Shown here: piece by piece, positions 13,047 to 21,340 of the stretch
Layout of the letters: every line of letters starts with the position of its first letter
How positions within the stretch are numbered: position 1 is the stretch's first letter
From: Octopus bimaculoides
Lineage: Eukaryota
Reading direction: 5' to 3'
Length of the DNA stretch: 45,664 bases
NCBI RefSeq assembly: GCF_001194135.2
Contig: NC_069002.1
Span: forward strand, 23,140,743 to 23,186,406
Program-made: the position numbers and the translations under genes
Notes under the pieces: model-generated
Databases searched by the model: none
What the model was told of the DNA's origin: nothing
Seen by the model: only the letters and a program-made list of their open reading frames with translations

Positions 13047-13279
13047 GGCACATAAAAGACACCATTTCGAGCGTGGCCGTTTTCGTGCGGGTGACACGTA
13101 AAAGCACCCACTACACTCTCTGAGTGGTTGGCGTTAGGAAGGGCATCCAGCTGTAGAAACTCTGCCAAATCGGACTGGAGCCTGGTGTTGCCATCCGGTT
13201 TCACCAGTCCTCAGTCAAATCGTCCAACCCATGCTAGCATGGAAAGCGGACGTTAAACGATGATGATGATGATGATGAT
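13047..13279 (+). mobile_element. RTE-clade LINE 3' UTR/tail (short variant)
   Basis: GGTTGGCGTTAGGAAGGGCATCCAGCTGTAGAAAC ... GCGGACGTTAAAC(GAT)n. Confidence 0.9.
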
Positions 13280-13529
13280 ACATGTATACATATACTTTAT
13301 ATATACATGTATACATATATTTATATATGTGTATGTGTAGATATATATATACATATATATATATGTATGTATGTGTACATATATATATACACATATGTAT
13401 GTGTATATATATAGACGAAGATAGGTGTATAAACAACATGCATGTGTATTAGTCTGAAGCTCGGGAAGGTGAGAAAATCTGTTACGTTTCATGCCTACCC
13501 TCTTTAACAGAAAGCAACACAAAGAAATA

Positions 13530-14140
13530 AACAGAGAATATTGCTGCCCGTTGTGGTCTCCCTACACGAAACAAAGCATCTCAAGGATTGAATCACCCCA
13601 GAGGGCACTCACCAAACGAATTGAAGGCATGACAGATCTTGATTACTGGGACCGCCTTAAAGCCTTGAAGCTCTACTCTCTCCAGCACCGCTGCGAGCGG
13701 TACATCATTTGTACGATGTGGAAAATATACCGCCAGCATTGCCCAAACGACCTGAACATTAGTTTCAAGGCTCATCCAAGGCTGAGACTACAGGCCATAC
13801 GTCCCCTGCCCAATTCAGGATCACAACATATAGGTACACTGCGGCATAATTTCTTTTCCTCAACAGGCTCTGCCCTGTTTAACATTGTCCCGAAACAGAT
13901 AAAAGAGGAAAAGGATCCTATCAGCTTTAAACAGAGCCTAGACAGATTTCTTCAAGGAATACCAGACAAGCCACCCATACCTGGATACAACTCACTCAAT
14001 AAAAACTCACTACTTGAATGGACCATGAACAAAACTTGACTGTAAAAAGATTTAGATAATCCTATCAGGTGGTGCTATTAAGTTAGACATGGCCTGGACC
14101 AATCTTTGGTCGAAACATATCTAAGTTTTATCTAAGTTTT
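13530..14140 (+). mobile_element. CR1-clade LINE 3' fragment (post-RT ORF2 C-terminus plus 3' UTR)
   Basis: ORF 13491-14039: EYCCPLWSP...QRALTKRIEGMTDLDYWDRLKALKLYSLQHRCERY...FKQSLDRFLQGIPDKPPIPGY. The 3' stem-loop GACCA-ATCTT-TGGTC is followed by (ATCTAAGTTTT)x2. Confidence 0.88.
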
Positions 14141-14199
14141 TAAGAGAGAGAATAAAATAACTTGTGGAGTTAGTAATCAATCATGGCGACTGGTTGGAG

Positions 14200-14960
14200 A
14201 AAGGTAGTTGGACAGGAGAGCTAGGAAGGGGAGATAATAAAGTACTGGTGATCCCAAAATGAAGATGTGTGTGCATGTGTGTATGTGAGTGTGTAAGTGT
14301 ATGTGTGTGGATAGGGGCTGGTGACTTTGACATCTGGATGTGTGTGTGTATGTGTGTCTGTAATGTATGAGTGTGAGGATGATGGTGTGGGTGTTGGGAA
14401 GTGGTCAGTGCTAGTGTGTGGTGTGAGGTGGTGTGATGTGGTTTGGTGGTGTGGTGTGGTAGTGTGGGAGTGTGGCGATGTGAGGGAGGGTGTGGGTTTG
14501 AGGGGGAAGGATGTGGGGTGGGGTAGTGAGGGCTTAGGTAGGGTTGGACAGAGGGGGTATCAATGAAGGGAGTAGGTGGGTAGGAGTGAAGAGAGGAAGT
14601 AGGTGTCAGATGAGGATGGGAGTGGAGCCCGTGTAGAGTAAAGGAGGCTGTTTGGATGTCTCTGTGCAAAGACAGTCTGAACACAGATAGGTGTTGTAAT
14701 GAATGACCAGCAGAGTGGTCATTGCCGAGTGTAATATCTTGGAGATGCTCTGCAAACAGGTCAGCTTAGTGGCATCCTGTTTGACTGATGTACAGAGATG
14801 GGCAGAAAGAGCAAGAAATGCAGTAAATGACATTGCTAGAAGTGCAGGTAAAGGAGTCAGTGATATGATAGGAATGATGATGGGTGCCTGTGAGGATGGT
14901 GGTGTTGGAGAGGTAGGGGCAAGTGTGGCAGCATGGGCGGGGGCAGGAATGAGCCAGTGG
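14200..14960 (-). mobile_element. Penelope-like element remnant (GIY-YIG endonuclease) with CA-rich 3' region
   Basis: Minus translation of ~14600-14950: SCPRPCCHTCPYL...DSFTCTSSNVIYCISCSFCPSLYISQTGCH*ADLFAEHLQDI...HSAGHSLQHLSV, which matches the PLE GIY-YIG pattern (VIY..C..C...YIG.T...L..RF.EH). Confidence 0.85.
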
Positions 14961-14963
14961 AAC

Positions 14964-15012
<49 letters not shown>

Positions 15013-15017
15013 GCAGG

Positions 15018-16228
15018 TTCCTCCTGTAGTCTCCTCTGGTATTGCAGATAAAAAACTGTCTAGACATTTTTTGATGACTTCTATGTTCACACTTCACATA
15101 ACCCTAATTTTCTATGGTAGAGCATTAAAATGTTGTGGTCCCTTGAATCCCAAGCTATTACAATATTAGGTTTGTATACTTGATGGAGAAGATGGGACTT
15201 TTACTACTGTGCAGTGCTGTCCAATTTAGGGGTTGTTGTAGCTTTCAATTCCAAAATTTGGAGCTAGACCCTCCATTATTTTCCGTATGTATAGCACTGC
15301 ATATCTCATGTTTCCTCTCCATGGAATAGAGTCCCAGTTCCTTTAACCTCTATCATCTTTGTGTAGTGGTGATGGATTGCCTCTAGTTCTGCAATTAGTT
15401 TTACGCTCTGTGGTGACCACAGTTCGGAGCAGTAGTCTGGATGACTGAGGACAAAGGTTCTCCAAAGCTGTAGCATTGTGTCTCTGTTCCTGGTCCTGAA
15501 GGACCTCAGGATCCAACCCACCACCCGCCTGCATAATGTTGTCATCTGAGCAATGTGCACATGGAAAGTTGTGTTGTTGCTCATGTGGATTTCCAGTTTG
15601 TGCACCAACTCTAACTTTGGAATTACATTGTCTGCTGGTCCTGTGCACTTCAGTTGTAGTTTGTTTGTGGGCTGATAGCAGGGTGCTTGAAAGTTTGCGG
15701 CATTAAACTGCATATTATTCTCATCAGCCCACTTATATATTGTGTTGAGGTCATTCTGTAGTCTTAGGATGTTAGTAGGATCCTTGACCACCTGCAATAC
15801 TCTTGTATTGTCAGCGTAGCTGGTGAGTGTGGCTGACCCTATAACTGAGGGCATGTCCGATAGGAAAACCACCAACAGTAGTGGTCCCAGCACTGTTCCT
15901 TGGGGGACTCCACTGAGGATTGATGTCACTTCAGAGAGAGCACCATTTACTATGACAGCCTGACTTCTACCCTTCATGAAATCATGCTGTCACTCTCTCT
16001 GTCTACCAGTGATACTGAGATCACACAATTTGTGATATAACATTCCATGATGGACTTTGTCAAAGGCCTTGTCAAAGCTGAGATGTATCACATCCACATT
16101 GAGCTGTTGTTTTAGTACCCAGTTGAAGTGCTGTAGTAGCTGTGCTAGGCAGTTCCGACCAGGGCAGAAGTCATGTTGCATGTCTGTAAGCAAGTCATTT
16201 TCTTCCAGGAATGTGGTCAGTCTTTTTC
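15018..16228 (-). mobile_element. CR1-clade LINE reverse transcriptase pseudogene
   Basis: QHDFCPGRNCLAQLL, DVIHLSFDKAFDKVHHG, SGVPQGTVLGPLL, SYADNT, YCSELWSP and KKCLDSFLSAIPEE motifs across frameshifts. Confidence 0.93.
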
Positions 16229-16304
16229 TGTATGTATATATATGTGTGTGTGTGTGTGTATGTGTATATATGTGTGTGTATATATATATATATATGTATA
16301 TGTA

Positions 16305-16440
16305 TGTGATATGCAATCTATGTGGGTGTCTCTTCAGAACATTGTCTGGTTTAAAAAGCCACATCAGACGCCATGATGGTTCTAAGGTATAGGTACAGGA
16401 GGTGGTCAAACTCTGCATAAGGAATAGACAACCACCGTAT
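16305..16440 (+). mobile_element. LINE (probably RTE-like) extreme 3' end encoding a C2H2 finger
   Basis: VICNLCGCLFRTLSGLKSHIRRH* (C-x2-C-x12-H-x3-H), then a short UTR running into (TA)n. No splice context and no TGEKP linker. Confidence 0.6.
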
Positions 16441-17308
16441 ATGTATATATATATATATATATATAAAATGTATATGTATGTGTGTATATATATATATATA
16501 TNNNNNNNNNNNNNNNNNNNNNNNNNNNNNNNNNNNNNNNNNNNNNNNNNNNNNNNNNNNNNNNNNNNNNNNNNNNNNNNNNNNNNNNNNNNNNNNNNNN
16601 NNNNNNNNNNNNNNNNNNNNNNNNNNNNNNNNNNNNNNNNNNNNNNNNNNNNNNNNNNNNNNNNNNNNNNNNNNNNNNNNNNNNNNNNNNNNNNNNNNNN
16701 NNNNNNNNNNNNNNNNNNNNNNNNNNNNNNNNNNNNNNNNNNNNNNNNNNNNNNNNNNNNNNNNNNNNNNNNNNNNNNNNNNNNNNNNNNNNNNNNNNNN
16801 NNNNNNNNNNNNNNNNNNNNNNNNNNNNNNNNNNNNNNNNNNNNNNNNNNNNNNNNNNNNNNNNNNNNNNNNNNNNNNNNNNNNNNNNNNNNNNNNNNNN
16901 NNNNNNNNNNNNNNNNNNNNNNNNNNNNNNNNNNNNNNNNNNNNNNNNNNNNNNNNNNNNNNNNNNNNNNNNNNNNNNNNNNNNNNNNNNNNNNNNNNNN
17001 NNNNNNNNNNNNNNNNNNNNNNNNNNNNNNNNNNNNNNNNNNNNNNNNNNNNNNNNNNNNNNNNNNNNNNNNNNNNNNNNNNNNNNNNNNNNNNNNNNNN
17101 NNNNNNNNNNNNNNNNNNNNNNNNNNNNNNNNNNNNNNNNNNNNNNNNNNNNNNNNNNNNNNNNNNNNNNNNNNNNNNNNNNNNNNNNNNNNNNNNNNNN
17201 NNNNNNNNNNNNNNNNNNNNNNNNNNNNNNNNNNNNNNNNNNNNNNNNNNNNNNNNNNNNNNNNNNNNNNNNNNNNNNNNNNNNNNNNNNNNNNNNNNNN
17301 NNNNNNNN

Positions 17309-17855
17309 GTCATCACAAACTACTGCGATGGCGATGACGACTGTCATCACTGCCATCACCGCCTTCTTTCCATCTATCACCACTAATTTCCTGCCTGCGC
17401 TGGATATCCTCTCATCATTAACCATGGCTGTTATCATCATTGTCATTGTTGTCAACAGTATCATCATCATCATCGTCGTAATCACTACTTCCGTCACCGC
17501 CACCACCACCGCCACCATCATCTTATCACTGTCACCACCGTCACCACTATCATCATCATTACCATCACTGTCTCCATCTCCATCCCACCACCATCACCAC
17601 AACATCAATCACCACCACCACCATTATCATCATCATCATTGCTGCCGCCACCACCACCACCACCATTATTATTGTCACCATCATTGTCACCAATCACTAC
17701 CACTACCACCATCAACACCTCCACGACGACGACGACGACGACAACCACCACCACCACCACTACCATTATCATCATCACCACCATCTACATAACCCTCTCA
17801 CTGTCCGTTTTGCTTTATTGATCATACTTTTCCTCTTTCCACATCTCTATTGCTC

Positions 17856-17886
<31 letters not shown>

Positions 17887-17960
17887 TTCTTTCTTTCTTT
17901 CTTTCTTTCTGTCTTTCTGTATTTCTTCTCTCTCTTCTTTTTCTTCATCTCCACCACCAC
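17309..17960. repeat. (CAT/CAC)n low-complexity tract followed by (TTTC)n
   Basis: Direct reading. Confidence 0.95.
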
Positions 17961-18297
17961 CACCACCATAAACATCCTCGTTAACAACAAAACAACATGC
18001 AAAACAACAGTGACAGATATTGGATTTGGTGGTTTTTCTCTCTGGGAATTCTTTAGAAATGGTATTGTTTAAGATAATGGCATTTAAGGAGGATAATGGT
18101 TCCATCCATTGAGACGTGCACAGGAATGTGAGGAGGGGCGATGGTGATGATGGTGGGGTGTTGCACTGGTGGTGGGGAGGAATGAAGATGCTTGTTGATT
18201 CAGTTCAGCTCACCACCAACCAACTGGCTAAGACTTAATCTATTAAGCAATACACACACACACACACACAAACAAAACACACACACACATACACACA

Positions 18298-18329
<32 letters not shown>

Positions 18330-18333
18330 CATG

Positions 18334-18490
18334 TGCAGGCTTGGCTGTGTGGTAAGAAGCTTGCTTTCCAACCATATGGTTCCGGGTTCAGTCCCACTGC
18401 ATAGCACCTTTGGCGAGTATCTTCTATTATAGCCTCAGGCCAACCAAAGCCTTGTGAGTGGATTTGGTAGACAGAAACTGTTAGAAGACC
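18334..18490 (+). mobile_element. SINE family A 5' half
   Basis: GCAGGCTTGGCTGTGTGGTAAGAAGCTTGCTTTCCAACCATATGGTTCCGGGTTCAGTCCCACTGCATAGCACCTT. Confidence 0.88.
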
Positions 18491-18619
18491 ATTGGTGATG
18501 TGCTGTGCTAGAGAAGACCTGTCAAGCCAAGTGGAATCACTGAATGAATAGCTGTGTGGTAGGAAGGAAACTTCTTACCACAGCCACTCCTGTACCTAAT
18601 CCACATGTATGGTAAAAAG

Positions 18620-18740
18620 CACCTGTGCTGGTGCCACATGAAAATCACACTATGCATTCTGTTAAGTGGTTGGCATTCGGAAGGGCATCCTGCTCTGGAA
18701 ACCTTGCCAGGATGGAAAAACAGACATTGAATGATGATGT
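18620..18740 (+). mobile_element. RTE 3' tail, diverged
   Basis: AAGTGGTTGGCATTCGGAAGGGCATCC ... GACATTGAATGATGATG. Confidence 0.65.
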
Positions 18741-18765
18741 TCATGACACTATATGCCCACAAAAT

Positions 18766-18838
18766 ATAGCTTAATGGTTAAGAGCGTGGGCTACTAACCC
18801 CAAGATTGCGAGTTCATTTCGAGGCAGTGCCTTGAATA

Positions 18839-18875
<37 letters not shown>

Positions 18876-19036
18876 TCAGCAAAAAAATACCTTAGGAATG
18901 AGAACCCAGGGTTGGGTTCAAATTTCTACTAGGACACCTGATGAAGGCTGGAGAGTAAATCAGTCAAAACGTTGTGGTGACAAACAAACAAGATGAGGAC
19001 ACATATACGTCCAATGTAAATAATGTAAATAATGTA
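18766..19036 (+). mobile_element. tRNA-headed SINE-like element with (AAT)n spacer and hammerhead-like 3' module
   Basis: A-box-like TAGCTTAATGGTTAAGAGC and B-box-like GAGTTCATTTC; (AAT)n; CTGATGA-A-GGCTG-loop-CAGTC-AAAACG; tail (AATGTAAAT)x~3. Confidence 0.6.
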
Positions 19037-19065
19037 TTGAATGATATATGGATGTGGGTATATAT

Positions 19066-19424
19066 ATATTTTAATGGGGAAGGCCGGTTTATGCCATTAC
19101 CCTGAGTTTCCCATCCATGAAGGGTTTAGCTTTATGGCATATCGTCAGACCCCAAAACCTGTTGGCCTAACACGTCTTCAAAATATTTGAAGAGGTCTTA
19201 GATCAACAGGTTTTGGGGTCTGACGACATGCCATAAAGCCAAACCCTTTGAAGAGGTCTTAGGCCAACAGGTTTTGGGGTCTGACGATATGCCATAAAGC
19301 TTAACCTTTTGAAGGGGTCTTAAGCCAACAGGTTTTGAGGTCTGATGATATGCCATAGAGCTAAAGACTTTATGGACGGGAAACCCAAGGTATTCCCATA
19401 AACCAGCCTTTCCCATTAAAATAT
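19066..19424. mobile_element. foldback/MITE-like element with 61-bp internal repeats
   Basis: Terminal inverted repeats ATATTTTAATGGGGAAGGCCGGTTTATG ... CATAAACCAGCCTTTCCCATTAAAATAT. One inverted 61-bp unit on the left and three direct units on the right, starting at 19186, 19247 and 19308. Confidence 0.85.
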
Positions 19425-19515
19425 GCACTGCTCTACATCTTAGAAGGTGTTTCTTCTCCAGAAGGAGTTTTCTACAAATGATGTATANNNNNNNNNNTAT
19501 ATATATATATATATA

Positions 19516-19706
19516 TTCTTTCTTTTCTTTATCATTTTACTTGTTTCAGTCATTTGACTGTGGCCATGCTGGAGCACCGCCTATAGTCGATCAAATCTAC
19601 TTATTCTATTGGTCTCTTTTTGCCGAACCACTTAGTTACGGGGACGTAAACACATCAGCATCAGTTATCAAGTGATGGTAGGGGACAAATACACGCAGAC
19701 ATATGC

Positions 19707-19741
<35 letters not shown>

Positions 19742-19905
19742 TATGTATATATGACAGGCTTCTTTCAGTTTCCGTCTACCAAATCCACTCACAAGGCTTT
19801 GGTCAGCCTGAGGCTATAGTAGAAGACACTTACCCAAGGTACCACACAGTGGGACTGAACCCAGAACCATGTGGTTGGTAAGCAAGTCACTTACCACACA
19901 GCCAC
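19516..19905 (-). mobile_element. SINE family A near full copy
   Basis: Colinear with 2122-2518. Confidence 0.9.
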
Positions 19906-20019
19906 ATTTAAGGTATATTCTGTTAGGAACATAGCAGAGTACTGTATAGAACTTGTTCCCTCTTAGAATTACTGAATAGCTGATAGTATAGTGATATACT
20001 TCCAAGTGTAGAATTTGGC

Positions 20020-20659
20020 ATTGAATAAATTAGAATCAACAAGAATAAATTTTAGTTGGACAGTTATTTTTTAATCACGACAAATGTTTCCACACAACTT
20101 AGTTCTTCATATATACAGTTATTTCATTATGCAACCATTTACCTGTATAATAGGATCCATTTGTATTTCCTCAGGTGATATTCAATTGCTGTCTCCATTC
20201 GTAAGAAACCTCCCACGTCAATGCTAGTACATCTTCCTGCCTTGTTTGAATTTAGTAAACGCTGGTTGTTTCATTCCGCTTGCTATTAACATGCTTCTGT
20301 GTGCCTGCTATGAGTGGTATTGGATGTTTATTTTGGTACTATCTGATTTTTTATCTGTTCCCAATGTTAGGCTGCACATGTGAAATTTTATTATCCGAAA
20401 TATTCATTTTTGGTTGGAATGGGGATGTCCTTTAGCAAGAAGTCTAGATTTAGTTTTTCCATCCTTTGACCGTTCATAGTACTCTGGTTCAAAAGAAGCA
20501 ACTTCGACTGAGAAAATACAATTGGATCCCATTATACAGGTAAACGATTGCATAATCAAATACCTGTACAAAATGAAGAACTATGTTGTATGGAAACATT
20601 TGTCATGATTAAAAAATAACTGTCCAACCAAATTCCTTCCTGTTGACTCTAACTTATTC

Positions 20660-20662
<3 letters not shown>
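20020..20662. mobile_element. element with ~150-bp terminal inverted repeats, possibly Penelope-derived
   Basis: Arms 20020-20168 and 20512-20662 are reverse complements. The minus strand at 20400-20462 encodes MEKLNLDFLLKDIPIPTKNEY. Confidence 0.7.
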
Positions 20663-20705
<43 letters not shown>

Positions 20706-20760
20706 NNNNNNNNNNNNNNNNNNNNTACGTGTATATATATATATATATATATATGTGAGT

Positions 20761-21015
20761 ATAAATAAATACAAAAAAGGGTTTTGTATGATCGTGTATA
20801 GAGGAATATATTATTTTATTTAAAAGAGTTCCAACTCTGTTTTTTATGTTTTTTTTATTTATATTCTTGTAAAATTAATGTGGGCTATAGAATATAGAAT
20901 ATATAATATATAAGATGGATGGTACAATGAAATGAAGTATTGAATGTCTTATTGAATATATGGAATATGTCTTATTGAATATATGAAATATTGAGTGTTC
21001 AATATAAAGGATTAA

Positions 21016-21024
<9 letters not shown>
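20761..21024. repeat. AT-rich dispersed repeat, inverted homologue of 10171-10418
   Basis: Reverse-complement match; carries an extra internal tandem copy of ATGTCTTATTGAATATATG. Confidence 0.9.
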
Positions 21025-21088
<64 letters not shown>

Positions 21089-21152
21089 TCTGTGTGCATG
21101 CATTAATATCTATCTATATATATATATTATTATTATTGATATTGTTATTATT

Positions 21153-21340
21153 AAGGTGACAAACATTTTATCTGTCTTTGCATTCTGTGTTCAAATTCTG
21201 CCAAGGTCAACTTTGCCTGTCATCATTTCAGTATTGATAGAATTGCATTGACCCCAATTGAGCATTGGGGTTGATGGAATTGACTTAGCTCTTCCTCCGA
21301 ATCTGCAGGCCAGTGCCAAAATTTGAAACTATTATTATTA
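21153..21340 (+). mobile_element. tRNA-derived SINE family B, degenerate, with (ATT)n tail
   Basis: TTCAAATTCTGCCAAGGTCAACTTTGCCTGTCATC ... CATTGGGGTTGAT ... TTTGAAACTATTATTATT; homologous to 35161-35455. Confidence 0.75.

Noticed and set aside
14090-14120. CCTG-GACCA/TGGTC-GAAAC resembling a hammerhead
   Set aside because: It lacks the CUGANGA core and is better explained as the normal CR1/L2-type 3' stem-loop.
17309-17800. His/Pro-rich or poly-Thr ORFs as host protein
   Set aside because: Degenerate (CAC/CAT)n microsatellite, open in several frames, with no splice support.
18766-18830. Functional tRNA gene
   Set aside because: The acceptor, anticodon and T stems are mismatched; it is treated as a SINE head.
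19186-19368. 61-bp tandem units with CTGACGA and a GTC triplet, suggestive of tandem minimal hammerheads or a CRISPR-like array
   Set aside because: No unit has GAAA (CAAA/TTAA/TAAA instead), stem I cannot form, and there are no unique spacers. Explained as foldback subrepeats.
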